From Vulcanimicrobiales bacterium (GTDB lineage Bacteria; Vulcanimicrobiota; Vulcanimicrobiia; Vulcanimicrobiales; Vulcanimicrobiaceae): a stretch of DNA of 47,318 nucleotides. The translations under genes were made by a program, and so were the position numbers. Each line of letters begins with the position of its first letter. Position 1 is the first letter of the stretch. The DNA lies in NCBI GenBank assembly GCA_038231455.1, contig JBBRLI010000022.1, forward strand, positions 1-47,318. The letters run 5' to 3'. Shown here piece by piece: positions 8,090 to 16,768 of this stretch. Under the pieces are notes generated by a model. It was not told where the DNA came from. It was given only the letters and a program-made list of their open reading frames with translations, and ran no database searches.

Positions 8090-9837
8090 TATGCGAGTGG
8101 TCCTGGATTCTTGAACCAGCGGTTGATGAGCGCGTCGGCGGCGCGATACGCGAGCGCCCCCACGGTGCCGGTTGGATTGAAGCCCGCGTTCTGCGGAAAC
8201 GCCGACGCGCCGACGACGAACACGTTATCGAAATCCCACATCTGCAGCCATTTGTTCACGACCGAGGAGTGCGGGTCGCTGCCCATGATCGCGCCGCCGT
8301 TCACGTGCGTCGTCTGATATTTCGTCGTGTCGTAGTGCGGGTCGAGTTCGGTTGGCACGAGCATCTTGTTCGCGCCGCTCGCGCGCACGATCTCGTGCAC
8401 CTTTCCGCCGAGGTAACGCATCATCCGCCGGTCCTGTTCGGTAAAGTCGAACGTGAGACGCAGCAACGGCAGTCCGTAACTGTCGCGATAGGTAGGATCG
8501 AGCGTGAGGCAGTGATCCCAAGCGGCATTGCACTCACCCTGCATGACGATGTCGGCCTGTGCATCGTAGTAGCTCAGCAAGGCGTCCTTCCAAGCGGCCC
8601 CCCATTTCGGCGTCCCTTCGGGAACGCTGACCTGCTGGATCGGCCGCGCGCCGGTGTTCGCATAGATGATGGACGCGCCGCCCATAAAGCCGAGCCCGTG
8701 GTGATCGAAGTTGTCGGCGTTCAAGTCGTCGATCAGCGTGCCGTTTGCGCCCGAACCCATGAAGCGGCGCAAATGTTTTCCATCCCAGAACGAATGCGCC
8801 CCGAGAACGACTTGGTGGGTGAAGTTGCGTCCGACGACGCCCTCTCGCGTGCGCGGGTCGTATGGCCGCCCCATTTTCGAGAGCAGTAGCAACTTTGTGT
8901 TGTTGAAAGTGAACGCGTTGAGGAGAATCGCATGCGCGGGCTGTTCGTGCTGCTCGCCGCGGTCGTCGTAGTAGCGTACGGCGCGCGCACGTTTGCCGTC
9001 GTGCACGATTTCGTACACATTGGCACCATAGCGAATCTCGTAACGGCCGGTCGCCATCGCAACGGGAATGACGGTGACCGGTGCGGATGCTTTCGCGCCG
9101 ACCTCGCATCCGAAGCGTTCGCAGAACCCGCAATACGTGCACGCCGCGCGCGTGATGCCGTCCGGGTTCGTATACGCTGAGGGCAGATTTGCCGACGGCT
9201 GCGGGAATGGATGGTAGCCAACCTTCCGCGACGCCTCGGACATAATCGTCGCGCTCTCGGCTTCCTTCATCGGCGGCAACGGATACTCGCGTGAGCGTTC
9301 ACCCTCGAACGGATTCCCACCCGACTGCACGCCTTTACCTCTGAGGTTGCCGGCCTTGCCGGCGATGCCGCATAAGTATTCGAATTTGTCGTAGTACGGC
9401 TCCATCTCGTCGTACGTCACGCCCCAATCGGCGATCGAGAGATACTCCGGGATCGCATCCTTGCCGTAGCGCTGTTGCGTGTGCGAACGAATTTGAAAGT
9501 CGCGCGGATGGAAGCGGAACGTCTGTCCGTTCCAGTGGGTACCGGCGCCGCCGAGATTCGTACCGGGCAGGAACGAGCCGAGTTCGCGAAACGGTAGCGC
9601 GGTTTCGCGCAAATCGTGCCGCAACGTCCAGCTTTCGACCGCCGGATCTTGCATCAGGCTGTGGTCGACAGCGTATTCGAGTTCGTCGTGCGAATTCTGG
9701 AAGTTCTGCGTACCGCGCGCTTGCCCACGCTCGAGTCCGACGACGGTCTTACCCGCGCGCGTCAATTCGGCCGCCAGGATCCCGCCGGTCCAGCCGACGC
9801 CGACGGTGACCGCATCGACTTCCTTGTGAACGATCAT
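8089..9837 (-). CDS. GMC oxidoreductase, gluconate 2-dehydrogenase flavoprotein-like subunit
   Basis: VGVGWTGG FAD motif, GGAGTHW, CTYCGFCERFGC, YQTTHVNGGAIMG, QNAGFNPTGTVGALAY. Confidence 0.9.
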   Translation of the reverse strand: MIVHKEVDAVTVGVGWTGGILAAELTRAGKTVVGLERGQARGTQNFQNSHDELEYAVDHSLMQDPAVESWTLRHDLRETALPFRELGSFLPGTNLGGAGTHWNGQTFRFHPRDFQIRSHTQQRYGKDAIPEYLSIADWGVTYDEMEPYYDKFEYLCGIAGKAGNLRGKGVQSGGNPFEGERSREYPLPPMKEAESATIMSEASRKVGYHPFPQPSANLPSAYTNPDGITRAACTYCGFCERFGCEVGAKASAPVTVIPVAMATGRYEIRYGANVYEIVHDGKRARAVRYYDDRGEQHEQPAHAILLNAFTFNNTKLLLLSKMGRPYDPRTREGVVGRNFTHQVVLGAHSFWDGKHLRRFMGSGANGTLIDDLNADNFDHHGLGFMGGASIIYANTGARPIQQVSVPEGTPKWGAAWKDALLSYYDAQADIVMQGECNAAWDHCLTLDPTYRDSYGLPLLRLTFDFTEQDRRMMRYLGGKVHEIVRASGANKMLVPTELDPHYDTTKYQTTHVNGGAIMGSDPHSSVVNKWLQMWDFDNVFVVGASAFPQNAGFNPTGTVGALAYRAADALINRWFKNPGPLA

Positions 9838-10550
9838 TGGAGTCCTCGCGGTTTGACCGAGTAGGCGACATCGTAGCGATCGATCCACTTTTCGTACTGA
9901 TCGCCGTACGCCATCGGATCGCCGGGAAAGCCCAGTGCGACCCAGCCTTTCGCATCAGCGTTGCCGCCGTAACGCGGATCGGAAAACAGTCCCTGCTTCA
10001 CGTGTTCGAGAAAGATCGCGAAGAACGCCTTGCTCGTGAGAATCGTGAAGCCGTCGATCTTGCCGGCTTCGCAATCGCTCAAAACGCTGTCTTGCACGGT
10101 CGGGTCGAGTCCGGCAAACGTGGCGTGGTGGTTCGCTTGCGCGTACGCGTCGATCGCGGTGAGTGCGTCGCGGTACGCATCGCGCGGGGTGCGCGCGACC
10201 TGCCAACCGTGCCCGCTCGTCGATGCCTTTTGAAACGGCCCTTGCTTGTACATCCGCGCGCCCCAGCCGTAGGCGCCACCGAGGCGCCGATCGATGAACT
10301 CCGCGACGTGCAGATCGCGCGCGCCGGGCGCGCGCGCGTCGCTTGGGTAGATGCGCTCGGCCATCGCCTGCACCGCCGCGAATTCGCCGCGGGTGAGGAA
10401 CGAGAGCGCCGGCGGTTGCAGTTGCGCTTCGTTGCTTGGCTTGTCCGTGCCGTCGATCTGCTGCGCGCAACCGGCGATCGCTCCGGTCGCAGACACGCTC
10501 GCGGCCGTCGTCCAGCGCAGGAAAGAGAGACGTGATTTAGGATCCGGCAT
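9834..10550 (-). CDS. Gluconate 2-dehydrogenase subunit-3 family protein (putative Tat lipoprotein)
   Basis: RIYP.D..PGA.D..V..FID..L and GLFSDPRYGGN...GW..LGFPG motifs; N-terminus SRLSFL...IAGC; GGAG upstream of ATG 10550. Confidence 0.87.
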   Translation of the reverse strand: MPDPKSRLSFLRWTTAASVSATGAIAGCAQQIDGTDKPSNEAQLQPPALSFLTRGEFAAVQAMAERIYPSDARAPGARDLHVAEFIDRRLGGAYGWGARMYKQGPFQKASTSGHGWQVARTPRDAYRDALTAIDAYAQANHHATFAGLDPTVQDSVLSDCEAGKIDGFTILTSKAFFAIFLEHVKQGLFSDPRYGGNADAKGWVALGFPGDPMAYGDQYEKWIDRYDVAYSVKPRGLQ

Positions 10551-11304
10551 CGTAGATCGCTCCATATCGGCGTTCCCGTTCGGCCCAGTCGCCGACGAGC
10601 CACAGTAAGGCGACGAACAGCGGCGAACCACCGGCGAGCCACATGACGGCCCCGGCGTTGGCTTGATCGTGCAGTGCATTCGGATTACGGGCGTAGTGTG
10701 CGTAGAGTACGTACCCGCTCACGTACAAAACAAAGCCCAAGAACGCGCTCATCGGCAACGCGAGAAAGAGCGCGAGCAGGCGGACAGGATGCGATGGGGC
10801 GTGAGGCGCGGGTGCGACGCCGAGCAGCGGCATCCAAAAGAGCAGCGCAGACCCAAGATAGAGCAAATGCTCGAACGCGTGCACCGACTCGTTTTCGAGA
10901 GCGGCTTCGTAGAGCGGCGAGAAATGCGTGCCGTAAAGCACGAGCGCAAACTGCAGCCATGCGACCGCTGGGTGCGTCAAGAAGCGAAGGACGCCCGAGC
11001 CGAGCGCGCGCGCGACAGCGGTTGCCGCGCGCGGCGGCAGCGCGGCGAGCATGATGCGCGTCGGCGCACCGAGCAACATGAGCGGCGCGGAAACGCCGAC
11101 GAGGACGAGGTGCTGCAGCATGTGCCACGAGAGAGACGAGTCGGCGAATTCGTCGACGGGTCCGTAGAGGACCGCAGCGATCGAAACGAGGCCCGCAGCG
11201 AAGGCGATGGCCGCGCGCAACGGGGCGGCGCGGCCCGCGCGTAACGCGCGCGAACGGCCCCATACGTAGAGCGCGAGCGACCCGAGCAGCAGAACGGCAA
11301 TCAT
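10537..11304 (-). CDS. ctaG: Cytochrome c oxidase assembly factor, caa3-CtaG type
   Basis: HMLQHL...APLMLLG, HAFEH, DQANAG.VMW motifs; ATG 11304 overlaps the qcrB stop (ATGA). Confidence 0.9.
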   Translation of the reverse strand: MIAVLLLGSLALYVWGRSRALRAGRAAPLRAAIAFAAGLVSIAAVLYGPVDEFADSSLSWHMLQHLVLVGVSAPLMLLGAPTRIMLAALPPRAATAVARALGSGVLRFLTHPAVAWLQFALVLYGTHFSPLYEAALENESVHAFEHLLYLGSALLFWMPLLGVAPAPHAPSHPVRLLALFLALPMSAFLGFVLYVSGYVLYAHYARNPNALHDQANAGAVMWLAGGSPLFVALLWLVGDWAERERRYGAIYDAGS

Positions 11305-12623
11305 GAGGGCGTCACCGCCTCTTCGCGGTAGCCGCCCTCCGCGGTCCGTCGCAGTTGGACGACGCGTTCCGCCTCGATGCCGTGCCGTTCGCGCCGCAGA
11401 CGCAGTTCGCGGGCGATCTGCGCGGCGACGAAGCCGATCAGCACCGACCCGACCGGTACGGCGATTCGGTAGAACGTAACGAGTCCGGCGACCGAGACGT
11501 GCAGTGCAACAGCCTGTTGATCGTCGCTCGCCGCTAGCGTGAGAAAAAAGCCGGCGGCGATGAACGCGGTGCCGACGCCGACGCGCCATGGCGCGTGCGT
11601 TGCCGGAACCAGCACGTCGTGCAGGCGGTGGTCTCGGGTCAGCCAGGCGTCGATAAAGGGCCAACAATACAAGACGGCAAGAACGACGGTCGGCATAACG
11701 ATGCCGGGCCAAAAGACGGCCGGAATGGGATGCCCGGCGACCGTGATATGCCACGTCGGTCCAAGCCGCAGCGCGCCATCGAGAAAGGCCGCGTACCAGT
11801 CGGGAGTCGCCGGATTGGGCACCGTCCAATCGTGATACGGCCCGAAGCGCTCGATCGGGTTGATTTCGACCGTACCCGCAAGTGCGATGAGGACCCCAAC
11901 GCTGAACGCTAGCGCGGCGACGGTGCGTAGCGCATAGTCGGGCCAAAAGCGTCGACCGACGACATGCTCCGGATCGTCGACGAACTGCGTATGCTTTTGG
12001 AGCACGACCATGCCGAGATGAAGGGTCAGCAACACCGCGATCGTCACCGGCAAGAAATAGACATGGAACGTGTAGAGATGCGGCAGCAGATCGGGGCCCG
12101 GATAGCCTCCGCCGTTCAGCACGTCGGCGGCCCACCCGCCGATAAACGGAATGGAGCGTAGTACTGCATCGGTGATGCGTAAGCCCGTGCCGGCGAGCGC
12201 ATCGTCGGGCAGCGAGTAACCGGTGAAGCCGGTCAGCGAAGCGACGACGAGCATCGTCAAACCGACGATCCAATTGAGCTCGCGCGGCGCGCGGTACGCT
12301 GCGGTAAAGAAGATGCGCGCCATATGCAACAGGATCGCCGCGACGAACGTAACGGCGCTCCAGTGATGCACCTGACGCATCAGGTAGCCGACCGGATCGG
12401 CGCGCGAGAGCGACGCGACCGATGCGTACGCGCCCGCCGGCGTCGCGACGTATACGAACGTGAGCCAGATACCGGTCGCGACCAGCAGCAAAAACGCGTA
12501 GAGTGCGAACTCGCCTAAGTAGAACGACCAGTGGTCTGGAAAAACTTTTGTCATGACGAACCGTACGGCGGCGTTACTGCCGAAGCGCTCGTCGAAGAAG
12601 CGCGCGCCGCGCCGCGACATCAT
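11301..12623 (-). CDS. qcrB: Cytochrome b subunit of a bcc complex
   Basis: KVFPDHWSF.LGE, heme His pairs (RQVHHW...LHMAR; FHVY...LHL), PRELNW, Qo motif PDWY. Confidence 0.93.
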   Translation of the reverse strand: MMSRRGARFFDERFGSNAAVRFVMTKVFPDHWSFYLGEFALYAFLLLVATGIWLTFVYVATPAGAYASVASLSRADPVGYLMRQVHHWSAVTFVAAILLHMARIFFTAAYRAPRELNWIVGLTMLVVASLTGFTGYSLPDDALAGTGLRITDAVLRSIPFIGGWAADVLNGGGYPGPDLLPHLYTFHVYFLPVTIAVLLTLHLGMVVLQKHTQFVDDPEHVVGRRFWPDYALRTVAALAFSVGVLIALAGTVEINPIERFGPYHDWTVPNPATPDWYAAFLDGALRLGPTWHITVAGHPIPAVFWPGIVMPTVVLAVLYCWPFIDAWLTRDHRLHDVLVPATHAPWRVGVGTAFIAAGFFLTLAASDDQQAVALHVSVAGLVTFYRIAVPVGSVLIGFVAAQIARELRLRRERHGIEAERVVQLRRTAEGGYREEAVTPS

Positions 12624-13402
12624 ACGGTGCGCCGCCATTCATCCGGCCCGACGGGTGCGTCGAAATCCGAGCGAGCGATCAGGTAACCTTCACCGTCGAC
12701 GTCGAGCGCGAGTTGCGGAAGCGCGCGCGTCGCAGGCCCCGAGATCGGCCGCGCCGCGTCGAGTACGTCGAAGACCGATTGGTGGCACGGGCAATACAGC
12801 TGGTAATCTTGGTGCCGGTAGATCGCCACCGGACAGCCGGCGTGGGTGCAGATTTTCGAGTATGCGACGTTCCCGTGGGGCGTCCAGTCGGCGCGTTCCG
12901 GCGCCGCGCGAACCACGTCATCCTCAAGCCGCAGCAGCAAGGTTGCCGCTTCCGGCGCACCGACTCGCCCTTGCGGAAAGACCGTCTCGATCGCGCCCAC
13001 GCTGAGATCCGTCGGCCGCAGAGGTACGCCGTCGGCGGTGACCAGCCGAAGTCCGGCATTCCAAATGGGCCCGCGCCGGCCGCCGCGCCTGCCGAGCGCG
13101 ACAACCGGGACGATGCCCAGCACCGCCACCGCGCCGAGCGCGAACATCCACAACCGTCCGAAGACGGTGCGACGCGTCACGTCGCTTGGGAGTTCTGCGG
13201 GCGCCGTCGCCTGCGAGGTCTGGCGCGGCTCGCGCAGATCGCCCGGGGCCTTCAAACGACGAGCTTCGAGACCGGCCGCGACGGCGAATGCGAACGCCGT
13301 TGATGCGGCGAGCCACGCGACGAGCGCGGGCGACGCGTGCGACGAGGCGGCGACCGTAGCAGCAAGCGCGCCGACCAGCGCGAGCCAAAGCGCACGTCTC
13401 AT
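12620..13402 (-). CDS. qcrA: Rieske Fe-S subunit of a bcc complex
   Basis: CTHAGC and CPCHQS motifs, GPATRALPQL; internal TRRTVF Tat motif after N-terminal hydrophobic segments; ATG 13402 overlaps the ctaE stop. Confidence 0.92.
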   Translation of the reverse strand: MRRALWLALVGALAATVAASSHASPALVAWLAASTAFAFAVAAGLEARRLKAPGDLREPRQTSQATAPAELPSDVTRRTVFGRLWMFALGAVAVLGIVPVVALGRRGGRRGPIWNAGLRLVTADGVPLRPTDLSVGAIETVFPQGRVGAPEAATLLLRLEDDVVRAAPERADWTPHGNVAYSKICTHAGCPVAIYRHQDYQLYCPCHQSVFDVLDAARPISGPATRALPQLALDVDGEGYLIARSDFDAPVGPDEWRRTV

Positions 13403-13962
13403 CGAACGACGTAGACCGAGGCCCAAACCGCGAGCCAAACGACGAAGACGAAGTGCCAATAATACGCGATCGCCTCGACTCCGGCTTGACGCTCCGCGGT
13501 GAACGCCGGGCGACCGAGGAAGAGCGTCAGCGCCAGCAGCAGAACCGCGCCGACCAGCACGTGCGCCAGATGCGTGCCGGTGAGCACGTAAAAGAGCGTG
13601 CCGTAGGCATCGGTCGCGATTTGAAAGTTTACCTGGTGCCATTCGCGGAGCGCGATGTACGTGAAACCCAGCGCGCAGAATATGGTCAAGACGAGCATCG
13701 CGCGCGCCCGGCCGCGGTGCTTTTGAATCGCCGCGTTTTGGGCAAAGAGCATCATTATGCTTCCAAGCCCCAGCAGCGCGGTTCCGAAGGCTGCCCCGGC
13801 AGGATCCAATTGGGCTCCTAAGGGCGGCCAGTGCGCGCTTTGGCCGCGCAGGTCGTACCACGCCGCCAGCAGGCCGGCGAAGAGCATCGACTCTGAAGCC
13901 AGGAAGACCACAACGCCGAACACCAACGGGTGTGCTCGAACGGCCAGCGAGCGCATATGCAC
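13399..13962 (-). CDS. ctaE: Heme-copper oxidase subunit III
   Basis: FLASE.MLF, FYVLTGTH.AHV, YYWHFV..VW motifs. Start is 13962 (GTG) or 13956 (ATG). Confidence 0.92.
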   Translation of the reverse strand: MHMRSLAVRAHPLVFGVVVFLASESMLFAGLLAAWYDLRGQSAHWPPLGAQLDPAGAAFGTALLGLGSIMMLFAQNAAIQKHRGRARAMLVLTIFCALGFTYIALREWHQVNFQIATDAYGTLFYVLTGTHLAHVLVGAVLLLALTLFLGRPAFTAERQAGVEAIAYYWHFVFVVWLAVWASVYVVR

Positions 13963-14011
13963 AGCCGCGTACCCGCCGAACTCGGCGGCGAAACGGACGC
14001 GGCGCTAAACG

Positions 14012-14692
14012 ATGCGCGAGCAGACGTGGCCAGCTCTTGCGACCTCGCAATCGCATGCACTCGCCTCGAACTGGACGCTCTTCCTCATCGTCGGGTCGTG
14101 CGTAGCCGTGCTGGTATGGGGCTTGATCGTGTTCGCGCTCGTCCGCTACCGGCGCTCGGCGACGTCCGGCGCGCCGCCCCAATTCAGCAACAACTATCCG
14201 CTCGAAATCGCGTGGACCGCGATTCCGCTGGTCCTAGTCTGCGCGCTGTTCATCCACACCTATACGGTTGAATCGCGCGTCGACGCGGTCGTCGCCCGAC
14301 CCGACGTCATCGTTCACGTCAATGCGTATCGATGGGGCTGGCGGTTTGTGTACACCGGCGGGCCCACCGTCGGCGGTGCTGCGTCGAGTCCCATCGGCGG
14401 TAATCCGGTGAGCGCGAAACCCGAACTGGTGCTTCCGTTCGGCGAGACGACGCGAATCGAGCTTTCTTCCGACGATGTCACGCACTCGTTTTGGGTGCCG
14501 GACTTTCTTTTCAAGCGGGACGCGATTCCCGGCCAAACGAGTGGATTCGACCTTCAACCGACGCGCACGGGAACGTTCCTTGGCCGCTGCGCGCAGTTCT
14601 GCGGACTGAACCACGCGCTGATGCAGTTCACGGTTCGCGTCGTGCCGCCGGCGGAATTCCTGCGGTGGCGTAAGGAGATCGCTCTACGATGA
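14012..14692 (+). CDS. ctaC: Cytochrome c oxidase subunit II (CuA)
   Basis: Two TM helices (LEIAWTAIP), DVTHSFW, CuA motif CAQFCGLNHALM. Confidence 0.95.
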   Translation: MREQTWPALATSQSHALASNWTLFLIVGSCVAVLVWGLIVFALVRYRRSATSGAPPQFSNNYPLEIAWTAIPLVLVCALFIHTYTVESRVDAVVARPDVIVHVNAYRWGWRFVYTGGPTVGGAASSPIGGNPVSAKPELVLPFGETTRIELSSDDVTHSFWVPDFLFKRDAIPGQTSGFDLQPTRTGTFLGRCAQFCGLNHALMQFTVRVVPPAEFLRWRKEIALR

Positions 14693-16314
14693 CAGGCGAG
14701 ACCGCTCCAACGGGCACGACCACGGCGGCGCGCTCGGACTTGCTCAGCTGGATGACCACGACCGATCACAAGCGCATCGGCATTCTGTATCTGGTGACGA
14801 GCCTGGTGTATTTCGCGGTGGCCGGCGCGCTCTCGATCGTAATCCGTACGCAGCTCGCACGCCCCAACGCACACATCGTCGGTCCGCACGAGTACGCGCA
14901 GCTCTTCACCCTGCACGGTACCGCGATGATCTTTTTGTTCATCGCGCCGTTTGCGCTGGGGCTTGCAAATTTCTTGATCCCGCTGCAAATCGGGGCGCCC
15001 GATATGGCGTTCCCGCGTTTGAACGCAACCTCCTATTGGTTATTTTTCTTCGGCGGGCTGGTCGTTTTCGCGGGCGCCGGCACGAACGAAGGTGCCGCCG
15101 CTGCGGGCTGGACCAGCTACGCGCCACTTTCCGAGATCAAAGTCAGCACGGGCCTGGGACAGGACATGTGGATCGTCGGCGTCTTCCTCGTGTCGGTGGC
15201 GACGATTCTCACGGCGATCAATTTCATCACGACCGTCTTCATCTACCGTGCACCCGGCATGACGATGTGGCGCATCCCGATCTTCACCTGGGAGATGGTC
15301 GCGACGTCGCTGCTCGTGTTCCTGGCCTTTCCCTCGCTCGCCGCCGACCTGCTGCTGCTGTTCGTCGACCGGCATTTCGGCGGCCACGCCTTCGATCCGG
15401 CGCACGGCGGGAGCGCAGTGCTTTGGCAGCACCTCTTCTGGTTCTTCGGACACCCCGAAGTGTACGTCCTAATCTTGCCGTACTTCGGCGTTGTTAGCGA
15501 GATCTTGCCGGTGTTCTCGCGCAAGCCGATCTTCGGTTACACGGGTCTCGTGCTCTCTGCGTTTGCCATCGCCGGCCTCTCGATGGGTGTCTGGGCGCAC
15601 CACATGTTCACCACGGGATCCGTGAACAACCCGTTCTTCAGTTTCGTCTCGTTCCTGATCGCCGTGCCGACCGGCGTGAAGTTCTTCAACTGGATTGCAA
15701 CGATGTGGCGCGGTTCGATTTCGTTCGAAACGCCGATGCTCTTTACGATCGGCTTTCTGATGAACTTTCTCCTCGGCGGCGTTACCGGGGTGATGATCGC
15801 TTCGCCGCCGATCGACTATCAGGCGCACGACTCGTACTTCATCGTCGCGCACTTTCACTACGTTATTGGCGGCGGTAGCCTGTTTGCAATCTTCGCCGCG
15901 CTGTTTTTTTGGTGGCCAAAGTTTTTCGGGGTTAAACTCGATGAGGTGCTCGGGCGTTGGTGCTTTTGGCTGCTATTCATTGGCTTCAACGTGACGTTTT
16001 TGCCGATGCACTGGATGGGCATCGTCGGGATGCCGCGTCGCGTTTTCACCTACGCCGACGCAGGCGCGTTGCCAATTTTGAATCTCATCGCGACTGCGGG
16101 CTCGTACCTCATGGTGGTCGGTGTCGTCGCGTTCGTCGTTAACGTGATCGTCAGTGCGCGTCGGCACGAACCGGTGGGCGACGATCCATGGGGTGCGAAC
16201 TCGCTCGAGTGGGCGACTTCGTCGCCGCCGCCGGAGCATAACTTTACGCGACTGCCGCCGATCCGCAGCGAGCGGCCCGTGTACGACATGCGGCGCGCGA
16301 AGGGGGATGGATGA
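14689..16314 (+). CDS. ctaD: Cytochrome c oxidase subunit I, A1-type
   Basis: TTTDHKRIG, PDMAFPRLN (D-channel), FGHPEVY, WAHH, PTGVK (K-channel), VAHFHY. Confidence 0.98.
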   Translation: MTGETAPTGTTTAARSDLLSWMTTTDHKRIGILYLVTSLVYFAVAGALSIVIRTQLARPNAHIVGPHEYAQLFTLHGTAMIFLFIAPFALGLANFLIPLQIGAPDMAFPRLNATSYWLFFFGGLVVFAGAGTNEGAAAAGWTSYAPLSEIKVSTGLGQDMWIVGVFLVSVATILTAINFITTVFIYRAPGMTMWRIPIFTWEMVATSLLVFLAFPSLAADLLLLFVDRHFGGHAFDPAHGGSAVLWQHLFWFFGHPEVYVLILPYFGVVSEILPVFSRKPIFGYTGLVLSAFAIAGLSMGVWAHHMFTTGSVNNPFFSFVSFLIAVPTGVKFFNWIATMWRGSISFETPMLFTIGFLMNFLLGGVTGVMIASPPIDYQAHDSYFIVAHFHYVIGGGSLFAIFAALFFWWPKFFGVKLDEVLGRWCFWLLFIGFNVTFLPMHWMGIVGMPRRVFTYADAGALPILNLIATAGSYLMVVGVVAFVVNVIVSARRHEPVGDDPWGANSLEWATSSPPPEHNFTRLPPIRSERPVYDMRRAKGDG

Positions 16315-16688
16315 TCGTCGGTCGGCGGCTCTTCATCTCCTCGGCGACGTTCTCCGTCGCGATTGCCGCGGCATATTGGCTCACCTCGCGCGAGATCGCC
16401 GGGACGTTTCTGCTCGGCTTCATGGCGTTCGCGCTCTCGTTCGCAGCCGGCTATATGATCGTAGCCGAAAAGGACGCCGACCTCTGGGGCGACGATGGAA
16501 ACGCGACGATGGCCGATGCCGCCGACCAGGTCGTCGGTACGTACTCGATCCGCTCGCCACTGCCGTTCTGGTCGGCACTCTCGCTGACCGCCCTGGCACT
16601 TGGCCTCGTGATTTCGCCCGCGCTTGCGATCCTCGGCGGACTCGCCGCCCTCGTTCTTGGCGCTGCGTTCATCATGAACAGCCGCTAA
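16311..16688 (+). CDS. ctaF: Cytochrome c oxidase subunit IV (actinobacterial CtaF-like)
   Basis: Small hydrophobic protein with YW...E.AGT..L and an acidic loop followed by an S..PFW motif; directly follows subunit I. Confidence 0.75.
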   Translation: MIVGRRLFISSATFSVAIAAAYWLTSREIAGTFLLGFMAFALSFAAGYMIVAEKDADLWGDDGNATMADAADQVVGTYSIRSPLPFWSALSLTALALGLVISPALAILGGLAALVLGAAFIMNSR

Positions 16689-16768
16689 CAAGGGGGATGC
16701 CCGGCCGCGCGCAGTTGTGGATGTGCATCGCGACCACCAACGGTTGGCGCGCTTGGAATCCCGAGCTT

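Noticed and set aside
10537-14182. Long N-terminal extensions of the 578-aa (10537-12273) and 520-aa (12620-14182) ORFs, suggesting fusions
   Set aside because: The extensions are Arg-rich off-frame readings of qcrB and ctaE; true starts at 11304 and 13402 form ATGA overlaps.
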